Numbered from the whole stretch's first letter, positions 25,176-37,924 are shown. The stretch: 63,434 bases of DNA, filler included, from Polymyxa betae A26-41 (GCA_003693705.1; 5 parts of 5 records of this genome joined end to end with filler, not necessarily neighbours in it); one strand, 5' to 3'. Notes: generated by a model not told the origin, from the letters alone. Numbers and translations are program-made.

Positions 25176-25490
25176 TGTTGGAATTCAATCAACATGCCTA
25201 TTGGACTTCAGAGTCATAGCTCAGTGGTAGAGCATATGAACGATAATCAGAAGGACCCGGGTTCGACCCAACAATCTTGAGGATGGAATTCCAACACCCA
25301 CCCCAAGCACATGCCTTGTCCTCCCAGAGGGACAATATCCGAGTAGGTCTTACGATCAAGTCCTACAGTGTTGTTAAAGGTCCATGGTGTTCTTTTTAGC
25401 GCTTCGGCTGTTAACCAGTAGAAAATACGCTAGGAGTCATCTGGACGACCCGGGTTCCGACTCCTGGTGACTCCTAGCTTATTTTTGACA
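25176..25490 (+). mobile_element. TRIM-like miniature LTR element with tRNA-containing LTRs and an inverted centre
   Basis: Outer ends TGTTGG / TTGACA; TSD-like CCTTG / CTTTG; minus-strand LTR end, PBS (25397-25416), about 100 bp non-coding, PPT GGGGTGGG, LTR start. Confidence 0.8.
25210..25269 (+). tRNA. tRNA-like cassette, 5' part; 3' part at 25447-25475
   Basis: A box TAGCTCAGTGG, D stem GCTC/GAGC, loop ACGATAA, B box GGTTCGAC; T stem CCGGG/CCTGG and acceptor TGACTCC completed downstream, then T5. Confidence 0.7.
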
Positions 25491-26254
25491 CTTTGTTTGG
25501 ATTTCACATATAGATTGGTGACTCAGCCGACATTAAGATAAATCTTCAGTTTCGTCATCTTCTCAATCTGACAATCCTGTGATTGTTGGTCTATTAAGGT
25601 TTTGTTAATCGGAGACTGGATTTCATAGTCTGTAACGTCCTCGACTTCAACGAAGAGATCACATTCGCAGATTGTTTCGAGCACAATAGTCTCGAGCATG
25701 GAGACTAACGATCGTGGCTGACCTAGTGTCTGCGAATCGCGAAAGTTTCGCAAGTATCGATCGCGGCTTTCCTTGAACTTCAAGATCGCCTTGCCATTCA
25801 GTTTCCGTACGACCGCAGCCATGTTCGTTTCGTGCACGGCGAGGTTGCCTGAGGTCACTCTTGATTGATTCAGGCAAATCCGGCATATTTCGAACTTCCA
25901 TTTCGTTCGCAACATAAACAGGCATCCATTTAGATAATCTTCCATTTCGTTCGGGAAAGCCTTGCGATACTCCACAACTGTTGCGGTTTCTCGAACTACT
26001 GATTTCACACACACAAATAATGATGGGAATACAATTCTGATTCTATCAATTCGACACTTCCTTCCGAACGGTCGGTCCTTCACGGAGTTCCTAACTCCGT
26101 AGATGCATATTAGGGCCGCCCTCTCCATAGTTTCGTCATCTTCGGTTTTTCTGTCTAATCAGATTTATGCGAGGAATTCTGCGCAGTGTCCTTACATTCT
26201 GCGTAGTCATCTGATATATCATTGCGTACTGGGTTGTTTATTACTACCACAAAT

Positions 26255-26980
26255 CTGATTCACATCCGCGCGTTCATGCCCGTCCAGATACATTCCTTTC
26301 TTCGACGAGTCACCGACTTGATAAACAATATGTGTAACCATTGCGTTGCTGTTCGTTCAGTAATTTCTATAGACGAAGTAACACCAATTTTCTAATGAAT
26401 ATGCTCATTGATCATGTGGCAGAAATTCCTGCCTGATATGGTATTATTTCTTTGCGAACGAATCCACGTTCGGCAGGTTTGTACAGCATTATCATCAGAA
26501 ATGAGAGTTTTCGTCTTGATGTGACAGCCTTGAATAACGTCTGGTAGTCGGTGCTCCTTTCGAAAGAAGTCTGACCAAACTCGGATTCAGCCCAGTTTCT
26601 GGATAAATTGCTTTCGCGATGTCTTCAGAGCCTAGACGGCCTGCAACTTTTCACGATTTCGTTCAAGAACCGATAAACGCAAATCGACCGAATGGAATCG
26701 CTGTTTGTTGTTTGTTGTTTCTCTCAAAGCCTTTTCGAATATTCGATTGGGGGCATCAATATGAAAAGAACCTCGCAGAATATGGAGCACGTTAGATATT
26801 CTGTCATCCGCTTGATCGGTCTCAGATTCAGGAACCCTCTCAGGCTCACAGCATGATGCTCCAGCGATGCGGTTAGTATTCCACAAATCAAAGAGAGTCT
26901 TGTTTCCAATCATCTGCTTTGCTCTCGTCTCCAGCGACTGACTCCTATATGTACCGTAGCAGTCGCCTATACTCGACAAT
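26255..26980 (-). pseudogene. N-terminal fragment of the same ITm transposase type as 1570-2850
   Basis: Manual translation ERTATQWLH...KKGMYLDGHERADV matches ESTARRWL...GTYVDGHEPEDV. Confidence 0.65.
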
Positions 26981-27201
26981 TTCAGATAGGGGTACTAAAA
27001 ACCCTAAGAATCCATGGCAGAACGCCATATCAAAATTATGATAACTGCAATCGATAGATCTCGTCCAGAGGAATACAGCTCAGTTCTCCAATTTTGTAAA
27101 TTCGAAATATCAACGGAGTTATAGGCTTCCGCATTTATAGTTTTTAATAGGGCATTGATGAGATTTGGACGGTATAATACCGTACGCAAATATGTGATAT
27201 A

Positions 27202-27680
27202 CAGTCACGCAAAATAAATGCGGGGGCTGCGCCACTCTCGCAGTTTTGTCAAGTGCGGGTTTTGCGAATCCGTGTCAGTTTAATCGCTGGCAGGCGGTGT
27301 CATTCGATGCCACGTCCGAACAAACGACTCAGCATGCTCGTCGCATGGTGGCTGCTCGTCTTCCTCGCCAGGGGACCGTTGAGAACGTTATGGTGCCGAG
27401 CCCCGGGCCTGCTGCTGTGACAGATGAATGGCTAGACGATTTAACTTACGTAGAAGATGACGTTTTTCTCGATATTGATGTTATTCGATGGACTCCCGGG
27501 GCGAAACCTCGAACTCGTAAATCCCACGATGGTTTTGGAAGGTCTTTCTTGTTCGCTATGAAAGCGAAACGGAAGAAGATGCAGGAGATGTGCGTTATTG
27601 ATCAAAATGCTCGCCTCGAAGTTTCACTCACAGGAGGAAATGGAAAACTGTCGCCGTTTAACATCATATTTTCTTAACGG
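27202..27680 (+). mobile_element. Possible Tc1/mariner-type left end with ORF fragment
   Basis: TA|CAGTCACGCAAAATAAATGCGG resembles a Tc1 TIR; no partner TIR found. Confidence 0.35.
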
Positions 27681-30507
27681 GCAGTTTCTCATGATAAATC
27701 AGGTTGAGCACGCCTTGCGAAAGTACCGCGGCCATCGAACCTTTCCTGCATCCATTAAGGCAGAATTATAAGAGTTTTCAACTAAATTGCGGACTTTTTC
27801 CGAAAAATTGCGTACGGACTTTTTGAATGTAGAATTGGACTTTCTGGACAAATTGTCGAGTATAGGTGACCGCTTCGGTAGCTTCCTTATTTTCGATTCT
27901 GCTTCAGGAACCCATTTAAGCAATAAAAGTTCTGCCTTTTCAGCCTCTCGTCAACTTCAGCTAGCCAGTATGGCATCTTTGGTAATCCCGTACGACGAGA
28001 GACGAATAGATTGAAGAGTGATTGTATTTTCAAGTCCGTACGGACTTTCATGATGAACAATTATAAAATTTGATCAATACTGTACCAATATTTTTCCTCC
28101 AGAGTCACGATTTGCCATCAAAACATTTCCCCTCAAATCATGGGGCGTAATTCATAGCACGAATTGATCACGGCACCATAGGAACTTCGGTGTTTGTACG
28201 GGTTTAGTAAAGAAGTTAGAGACCATATTCGAGGTTTCGCAATACTGAAGCATTCTTTGCCTTTCTGGGAACAATTCCCTTGTGTAATGGTTTTTTACTT
28301 CAATGTGTTTCGTTTTGTCATCGTTACTGTTGTCGTTAGTCACTATCAACGCTGCCCAGACTGTTCCCAAATCCGAATCCCTACCACCTCTCGACCAACC
28401 ACCCCACCTTCCTACGAACCATCCACCGAATCCATTCCCTAACCTCTACCGTCCACCCAATCGATCAACCTAACGATTCATCTCTCCCTACCCTTCGGTC
28501 CGACCGAGCCTCCTAAGGCTCGGGAGGCAAAGGTGATCCCGATGTCATTCGCAAGCATAGTGCTAGTTTCGTGGTATGCTTATGATATTGCAGTACTCGA
28601 AGTGCGGCTTTCCAGTGTTGGAATCCCGGGATTCTCGTCAATCGGCACAACATCCCGACTGTTTGCCTGATGTTAGGTCTAGTCGATCGTGCTATCCATT
28701 GTAGGCTTCCCACGAGCATGTCGTATGGTATCGGCTCAACATCTTCAGGCCTTCGTGGACCCATCTCTTCTGTCAGGTGAATACCAGGTTGATGAGGTGT
28801 CGGGACTGATCAAGTGTCTTCCGGAATATTGAAGTTATCAAGCTGTTCTTTAATAATCGGCTCCATGTTCCCGAATATTGAGTTGGTTTCTTTACAGTTT
28901 TTGACACACATTCCGAGCAGACTTGAAGGTTCTCCCAGATCCGTTATCTCGAACATTTCTTGTATGTGCTTGGTCAGTTTTTTCAACCAACTTCCTTTTC
29001 GTCATTATGAATGGCTCCTTTCCATGCCCGCCAGGCCATTGGGACTGTACAAAGCTTTCAGTAACCTACTGGGAGCTTTTGAAATGTCTTCCCTAGAGAA
29101 TTCCTCCTGTTGTATTAAACAGATTTCCTGATCAAATGGAGCATTCAGATATTCTTTTACGATGTCGATTCGTCTCAGACTCATGCCTTTTTTTGCTGCA
29201 ATAGCAAATATCGCTTTAAAGGATTCGCCGTGGGCCACCGGTGAGATAGACTCGTCGATGTCGATTCTAGCCCTTTGTGAGAAGTCTTCCACAACAAGAC
29301 GGGTCTTGAATTTCTTCACCGATTCTTATGAATTTTGCTTCACGCTGCAAATCCATTTACAGCCAATCTATTTAATCTTTTGGGGTCTGCTTCTAATCGC
29401 CATGTGCCTGCGTCAACCAATTTGTTAAAACTCATCTTCCACCGCAGCCAGCCAATATCTGTGATAGGGATTTGATGTATTGATAGCCTCTTGCAAGAAG
29501 TTCGGTATACGGGTCTCATGTGATTAATATTCAGCAAGTGTGGCCCGATTGTGCTAGTTAAAATCGCATACTTAAGGGCCTTGAGGATCATTTTCTTTGG
29601 TTGATTTGCTGCAAGTCGAATGAAAGAGCAGGTGAATCGAACGTCCCTTGTGTCTACTTTGCCTAAATCTTGATGGTAACGGTCTGGTTCATGTCGCATT
29701 CGAGTTGATATTCTGTGCTCAAACGGACTTCTCCGCAGATGCTCCTCGTTCGATGCATGTCCATCGTGGTTGCTTCTTTCTTCCGATTCATCTTCACTCT
29801 GATCATCAACGTTATCGGCACTCGCGTCTCTGTCTGTCAGAATTTCTTTCGCGTCGAAGTAAAGACTTGCGTCCCCATCGGATACCTGAAGTTCTTCGTC
29901 ACTTTCTCGTCATGGTTCATTTTCGTCTGAGTAATTACTTTCCCGGGATATTTCCGAATCGTTCAGGGCCTGATGATTTGTATGACTCAGATCTTCATCC
30001 CATGAGAATCTGTGCTCGTCGAATCTGACGCAATTACTTGTATACGAGGTTATTGTGCATGGATCTCAGATCTTGTAGCATTTTTGATTGTCCGCATAAC
30101 CGATGAATATTGCGCGTTTTGCCTTTTGATCTAGTTTGCGACGAAGCTTCTTTGGTATATGGGGCCAACTATCTAGATCCCCACACTTTCCACCTGTAAA
30201 CGTCGGGCAAATTTCCTGGACAAGGCTCTTCTGGAGATTTCTCTTCGTTCTCCGTACCGTCCAAAGCGGCCGTCGATGATTCATTCCGAATTACATTATC
30301 TGGGGCAATCGCGTCAGCCCAAAACCCCGGTGGGTGTTTTGAGTGAAATCTCATCACTTCGGCCTTTTCGATAATCATCCTGTTTAATCTCTCCGCTACT
30401 CCCATATGTTCGGGATTATATGCAATTGATGATTCGTGTATGATGCCCAGTTCTTTGCAGTAGTCGTTGAATATTTGAAGAACTCGGTTCCGCTGTCGGT
30501 TCGCCAC

Positions 30508-32069
30508 GTTCTTATCCTAAAATTAATACAAGAAATCGAATCTGGTAGATTAAATGAAGTACATAAAAACCCCTTCATCGCTACCATGGATGTCACTGCG
30601 CTATACACGTGCATTGACCTTAAATTGGGACTCGAATTAATTCGTGGACCATTACTCAGATTATGCAAAACAACTGACGAAGTTGATTTCTGCGTTGATC
30701 TGTTAGGTTGGGTTCTTCAAAAAAATTACTTCTCATTTAAAAATTCCTTTTATAAACAAATTAAGGGAGCTGCAATGGGAGGGAGTGTCTTTGGCATTTT
30801 CACCGAGTTCTTGCTGAAATGGAAGAATTCTTATTCGAAAAAGTCGCGAATCAAAAATTCATGCCAATATATTATAGAAGATACAGAGACGATATCGTTA
30901 TGATAGTAGACTCTAGAAAATCTGCTCTACTTATAGAAGATTTCTGGAATGAATCAAAATTCCTTAAATTTAACTTAGAGCAAATAGGATGTTCCGTCAA
31001 TTATCTTGATATATTACTATATATCTAGGTAACAATTGGACAGAAAGGAGACAATTGGATATAAAACCATTCTCCAAACCTACTACTAAACATGACTACA
31101 TACACCATGCCACCTATAAACCAGAGTGTACAAAAAACTCCTGGATCACGGGCGAAACTATTCGACTTATGCGAGCCTGTCAAACTGAGCGGATGTATAT
31201 AAAACAAATAAACCAATTCCAAAAAAACCTTAGAAAGGCTGAGTATCCGTCAAAGATTATTCGGGCGCATACCTGATATTCTTTCAAAGATCGCAAATGG
31301 CTCATTGGAAAGCAGCCAAAGAATGATAAAATATGGTTTGCCATTCACAATGGTAGAATGGCTCATGAAAAATGGAATTTTATGCAAAATAATTTCAAGC
31401 CATTGTTAAAGCTTAATAATATAAATATTACAGCTTCTGTTGGAACAACTACCATGGATAAAATCAACGGGGTATCTAAAAAACTCCTTAATGCGCAGCT
31501 GGCTACCAGAAACCAACAATATTTGAAACAGATGAATCATAATAAAAAGATTCGATATAGAAATTTCTAAATAAAAAGAAATCTGTTGATGTTGGTACGC
31601 AGCATGATACATTAGCTCTTGGCTCAAATATCACCGACCCTACCATGCGAAAACGGGCGCGTGATAAGATATCATCGAAAAACGCTGCCATAGAACAGAT
31701 AAGCGGCTCTGCCCACCCAACTGTTACTATGAAGTTACCTGTAAATCCGAATGATCATAAAAGATTACGGACTACCCAGGGCCAGAATGTTGAATCTTTC
31801 AAAAATTCTGGGCAACCGACGAAACGGCCTGATGAGGCGAAGACCGAAACCAGGTCGCATGGAATGAACGCGTCAGTCAATAGATATTCTAATAATAAAA
31901 TATCTATATTGCACCTTTTCAAAAGGAAGAAATCATAAACTACTTCCGAAAAGGATACCATTCGCAATATCTTTAAAAATAAAATTTTTGATTTTTTGCA
32001 ATATATGGAGCCCCTAATATTAATTTGCCTATAAAAGGCTATTTACGCACAGAACCAGTTCATTCTGGT
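30508..32069 (+). mobile_element. Penelope-like retroelement, 5'-truncated, inserted in the Copia integrase
   Basis: RT motifs TMDVTALYT, YKQIKGAAMG, YRRYRDD, NYLD, FSKPT...YIH; degenerate 14-bp duplication at 30494-30507 and 32070-32083. Confidence 0.9.
31825..31860 (+). ncRNA. Minimal hammerhead ribozyme-like motif in the Penelope 3' region
   Basis: CTGATGA-GGCGAAGACC-GAAA-CCAG-GTC core; stem I only 2 bp, probably decayed. Confidence 0.55.
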
Positions 32070-32461
32070 TGTCGTTTCGTCACTTTAACCACGAAATTCC
32101 TGCCGCTCGAACGACTGAACATTTTCTTCACGTCAGAACGGTGCTTGAGAAAATATTTCTAATAGTTGTGGAATAGTCATCAATGAACGATATGTACGGA
32201 GTATCTATTTTCGCCAGTGGGAAACGGTCTTACCACATCACTCCAGACGATCTCGAACCGCTCGTTTTGCGCGCTCATCGCGTGACTGAAATGGATTTCT
32301 GGTCATCTTGGCTTGTATACAGCCGTCGCATATGTCTTCTGGCTTGTTGATGTTCTGTTTAGCGAATTCGATAACCATGCACAGATTTAGGAACGCAATC
32401 TACGAGTTTCCCACAAAGATGGCCCGATCTCAGATGAGCCAGGCGTTTTTTGAAAAATATG

Positions 32462-32851
32462 TAGGGTTGGGGGAAAATGAACCCGACCCGAGCCGGACAG
32501 AGTCGGGTATTTCATTGACTGGGTCGAACCCGGGTTGGACCCGATCTCACTGATTTTGCTGAATTATCCGGTCTCATCGGGGATAATCCATCCTAACTGG
32601 TCTCGGAATGCTACTTTTGCTTTATTATCGATCGGTTGTCTCATCACGACCGTTTACACTGAGAAAATATATAAAAAGACTACAGTTCACAAATGTCCTG
32701 CAGAATGCGTTGAAAGTTTATTAGAATTTTTTTCCAGTCAACCCGGGTCGTAACCCGACCCGACCGAGTCGGGCCCTTGGCCAACCAGATCAGATCGGGT
32801 TGGGTATTTGTAAAACCCGACACGACCCGACCAGACCCCTTTCCATCCCTA
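32462..32851. mobile_element. hAT MITE
   Basis: TAGGGTTGG / CCATCCCTA ends; 8-bp TSD AAAATATG / AAAATATA; ACCCGA subterminal repeats. Confidence 0.88.
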
Positions 32852-34649
32852 AAAATATAATTGGTTCGGAGGTCATCGTCATGGTTCTGGCCCTCGTAGA
32901 TCAGATAGAGGTTGTTTTCGGTCTTTAATATATTTTGAATGGCATCAAAGTCTTTGTTGAGTAGATATCAGTAATCTCCAGTGAATAAACAATTTAATAT
33001 GCTCTCTCTCACAGACAGAGGATTGTGTCATGCCAGGTAGGTGGTGAACATTCTGTAATTCTAGGGCTGCGTTTTCTAGTTGAATAAGATTTCCCTGACC
33101 ATCGATGTTCATATCGCGTCCATCAGCGATTGTTATTCGCCTGTCTCCATTTCATTGCTGAATAATCGCCTATCCTGAATCCACATCCATTTTTTTGTTT
33201 TGTGGTCCTCTTTGCTTTCTGATGTTAAAGAGCACGTCATGTAACCCTTAATAGTGTCGCAGTTTATGTGGTTATTACGGTCTTCCCATCATTTCGGTTC
33301 TTTGGACGGAGTTGCAAACCAGCACTTTTGGTTAGAAAGATTGCCCTGTCGCACATAATTTTTGAACGTTTGGCTTCTTGGAAGCTGTGTTTCCAGTTTA
33401 TGCCGAAGCACAGCGTTGTCTAACTCGAGGTTTTAACTACATCGGCCGAATTGGCGGCTGAATCTTCTTTCATCTCGGAGTTGAGGTTCAGTTCTTTGTT
33501 CAACAGCATTTTTGTTACCTCCGCTGTAGATAGATCTCCGGAATGATTATCCAATACTGTGGCGACTCCGTCATATCCTTCAGGTAATTCTGCAAGAACA
33601 AACGCCGCAACAATCTTGTCCGGCAATGTAACACCGGATGAAACATTTTGGGGAGCACTCTTGATCTATAGCACATTCGACTGGATCGAATCTTTCCCTT
33701 CTTCTGTTCCAAACATTATCTTCACCGCTGCCACCGTGGCTGCGGAGGAAAAACGATTATATTGCTTCACGAGGTTTTTGCATCGTTTGTGTACCGATTA
33801 GGCTGCTTCTGCTCCAACTAAACATTGGACCCCGCTGCTTAAATGCTATCTTGGCTCGTGCTTTGATGTCATTTCTAATGGACAAAACCCTCCTTGCCGT
33901 CAGCTTTCAATTCGGGGGTCGTACGTACCATCTAACTTTCTTGTTGTCGGGTTGATTTGGACTACCAGGTCGAAGTCTTTGTCTACAAATGTCTACAAGC
34001 AGGATTATCATCCTTGAGCTCCATCCTCGGAAGCCACTCCCGTTGAAGACCCTTGTTCATTGGAGTCTGGGACCCTTAATCTGTTAAACTCGTACGGCGA
34101 GAGACGAATATATTGAAGAGTGATTGTATTCTCAAATCCGTACGGAACTTTCATGATGAATAATTATAATATATTAATTAATAGCGATATTTTTTCTCTA
34201 AGAGTCATGATTGGCGATCATAACAGCATCTCATCATCCGAAGATTCTGAATCATCGGGTTCCCTAAAGTCCCATCCAGATCGCCTCCTCTCTTAGCCAC
34301 ATCACTTTCCGAAGATGCCACTCGCGTTCGCTTGACATTCATCCTGCTCAGATTGTCAAACAGCTTTGACTTCCGGGGCATGGAGATGTTTTAATGCTCT
34401 GTCGAGTTTTTTCAGAACAATTTGCGCGCGAGTCGGACTTTTTTGACCGCGCAATTTTGTTTTTTGGAGCGGCGCACTGTTTGTGCTACGCATTTCTCAA
34501 ATGTGCGCCTCCTGGTCAGGCCACATCAAATAGTGGTTTGGCCCTATTTACCTAAATAGCTTACTTAGTGCTCTCCACCAATATTATTCAGTGTTATTTA
34601 GTGAAACCGCCTGTATTGTCAGTAATAGATTCTATTCCTCCCTCATAAC

Positions 34650-35210
34650 CACTGCAATGCGTTGAGCAGATCGGCATGAAGATTCCTTCATATGAGAAGT
34701 CGGTCATTGATCCTCATTTTCGAAATGTCGAAGAAGCGTGTTCTGAAGATTCTGTTTGCCCTCGAAATATTGTCGCTTGAACTTAACAGAACATAGCTGA
34801 TACTGTTCCCAATCAGATTGATGCTGTAACATGAGATGCTGTTTATAGTATTGCGTCCGAAACTTTTCAAAGTATTTGAAGTTGGTGGTCCGCTTGCGTT
34901 TCCCACCAACATTCTCATTTCCTCCCAGAATAATCACAGAAAACAGCGAACCGAAATAACCAGCTGGCTGCCAGGATCTCTGGCAGTGATTTTCACATCA
35001 AATTCTGGGAAATGGTCTTGCTGAAAACAGGGTCCTGCTTGTAACCAACCAAGGCTGAAACTGAAATCCGAAAAGATGATATTTTTCCCACCAAAAACGT
35101 CGAAAAGAGAGAGAAACACACGCTGCAACTATTTGCGCCACGGACTGGGCTTCGCTTATTTAATGCTCGCCACAAATATAATTTAGTGCTATTTAGTGAG
35201 CGTTCCAATC
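34650..35210 (-). pseudogene. Probable DNA-transposase N-terminal fragment, hAT-like
   Basis: GGKRKRTTNFKYF..FRT..YKQHLMLQH...W resembles zinc-finger N-termini recalled from oomycete transposases; from memory only. Confidence 0.35.
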
Positions 35211-35617
35211 AAGGACACGATTTAAATGGCATGCTCTGGGTGCATTTGTCGGCTCTCACTGGAATCCGATATTAAGCAGTTAATTTGAATGCTTTATTGA
35301 ATAGATCAGCTGGAGCTTAAATAGGGCCCCCATCTCCGATCTCCGAACCAGCTTCAATATTTTCTCTAAGATTCCGATCTCGGAGCCGGTGGCCGCTCTC
35401 CACCACACCGCCTTCTCCAAGAACAAGTTCAACGAGTGCAGAGAGTCAGCTTGGGATAATAATATTGATAAACAAAATTTTCAATTGAGTTGTGAAGCAC
35501 CAGTAAAAACCTATAGAATATTCCGCAGCCATCGGTATAAAACTGATAGGAAAAAAGGTCTACTTCCTCAATGTGTCACAGTCGTCTGCGGCAAAATGTG
35601 CGTACAGATAAAATCAA

Positions 35618-37924
35618 GAAAAATTACACTGAATAGCACACATTTTTTGCGTATTTCACAGAATGGCACACTTTCTTGGATATTTATAAAATAACATACT
35701 TTTTACGCCGAGATTCAGAATTCGCTTCATCTAAAGACAGAGTGAATAAAAGCTTGAAATTTCGGGTATCTGCTATGCGCTTCGCTACATGTTCGACGAT
35801 TGTGTCCACTTTGTCCACAGCTCTTGCAGACGCGCCCAGTTTCCGACCCTGGGGCTAGACTGACAGCCTTTTTCTTTTCTCTTGGTAGCAGGTCTTCCTC
35901 TTGAAGGAACAACACGGGGCGGGAGCATTTCTTCGGATTACAAATTCGTCATTGTTATCGGGGTATAACATCTGTGTAGTGCAGAAATAATTGCGAACAC
36001 TTATTGCGCCCTACTTTAACCGTTATGATACATGTTATGTTACATGAAGTCTTAGAAGGTCCCATAACGACAATTTGCATTCAATTTTTTTATATGGAGC
36101 ATTAATGCGTGGCAATAAACAGATTACTTTTTCCATATTATTTCTTATTTTGGTTAAACATCGCTCATAAGTCTGTCGATAGTTTGATAACGTATAAACG
36201 TCTGAGACTAGACTAATTGGAGCTACCTCTACTTTGATAGCAAAAACGCAGGGATGACTGCACGGCACCAAAAAGTTTTGGTAAAACCTGCAAGAGCAGC
36301 TCCCGTACACGCTTTTTGATGAAGGTAATTCGATGACAAATTGCTGTCCTGACGCGACGATAACCACACCGGGATCGGCACTTACTGGGCGAACTGTCAT
36401 CAAGTGAGCATTTGTGAACTTGGTGTTGAATCTGTCCATGGCGGTTGGAACTAAGGGAGACACCCATTTCATTGAATCCTCTTCTCGCTTCTGAAACATT
36501 TCATTGGTGACGATAAAGGCTGTCCAGCCTTTCCAGAAGCGGCATCTCCCGAAATGATCGGATAATAGAATGGGCTATTTCGGCTAAATTGGAGGTACAT
36601 TGTCCATAACGGCGGTCTTACATGGCATACGTCGCCCAATGCTCGTGAGGAATCGATAGAACGAATTCTGCAGCGCTTTCTTTTAGCTGATATGAAGCGA
36701 CAATGCAAGCTTCAAATTTATCTTGCGTCTCTGCATTAGCGGCTTTCCTGAACAGCCCCCAGAAAAAGTTTAGATAAAAAAAATTTCTTGACGACATCAA
36801 ATGTACCTCTTCGCTGCAAGCCCGAGTTTTGTTTGCTCATTTGATCCGATGTGCCAGAAACAGTATGCATTCAAAGCATTGGGAACAATATCCTGAACTG
36901 CTTGTAAAAGGCCTTTTTCTCGGTCGTTAATTCTGACTGCTTCACGATCGTTGATGGACGGATACGCATCACGGATACCTTGCAGAAACCAGGACCATGT
37001 GTCGTAAAATTCGTTAGGAACAACAGCCCAGGCAAGAACCACAAACTGAACTTGTGCATCCATGCCGACTGCTAAAAGCAATATCTGAATGAAGCGATTC
37101 TTGGTAATTGGGCCACCAGCAGCCATGAAGCGGCGCGTTTTGATGAAAGCATCCGACAGCGCCAGGAGCAACCATTATTGAATGGAATCTTGGGGCATGT
37201 CCATCGGGCATCGCTTGTGCTTGTGTCTCGATCTTTGCGATAGTGCCATCTTCTACTTTCAATAGCTCATCAAATAAGAATGAAGAAAAGAAATTTGACT
37301 ACTTTGAGCATCAACGGAATCATTGAGTATCGTTTCCTTTGCCTTATGTGCCGTTGTGTAAGCGATCTCGCTGCCAATTCGCTGTTTGAGAAACATCTGC
37401 ACGTCTTTGACCGGAGTATTCTTGTTCACAATCATATCGATTCGGAGCAGATTAACAAGAAATTCATGATCTGGTTGGGTTCCTCGAGGAGCTTGCAGAG
37501 TCCCTAGTCAAGAATGAGTATCCCCTCGCCTCCCGACAACGTTGTGTTCAAGCTTCTTGAAAGCGAGAGCCGAGTGTAGGCCTGACAATTGTTCCCCGAA
37601 CACTTCAGAGCTGCACGATTTTTGTTTCGATTGGTAATCCTATAACTGAAGCCATGCTTTTGCGCATGGAAGCGGGCAGCATTGATCGCATCGTCCTTTG
37701 TGGCATAGCAGGCTCCTTCACCGAGAGCTGGTAGTGAGGCAGCTTGAGCTGGTATCGAACCGGTGCTGCCGAGCCTCATGAGGAATTACAAGAATAATGG
37801 ATGTACCGCACAACAAGAAAACAGATTCTGAAACTGCGACAAAAGTGTGCATTTTTATGAAAATCCAAGAAAGTGCCATTCTGTGAAATACGCAAAAAAT
37901 GTGTGCTATTCTGTGTAATTTTTC
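35618..37924 (-). mobile_element. Mutator-like (MULE) transposon with long TIRs and decayed transposase
   Basis: About 70-bp TIR GAAAAATTACAC...; AT-rich imperfect 10-bp TSD; LLLAVGMDA, DREKGL, CFWH, SWIM CSC...PCSH, CCHC CKSCGQSGHNRRTC. Confidence 0.93.

Larger units (their letters stand above)
27978..34225 (-). mobile_element. Ty1/Copia LTR retrotransposon, old, both LTRs present
   Basis: LTRs 27978-28125 and 34082-34225; TSD GCATC at 27973-27977 and 34226-34230; PBS 34068-34081; PPT GAGGGGAAA; gag, IN (GVAERLNR), RT and RH (KHIEVK) remnants. Confidence 0.92.
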
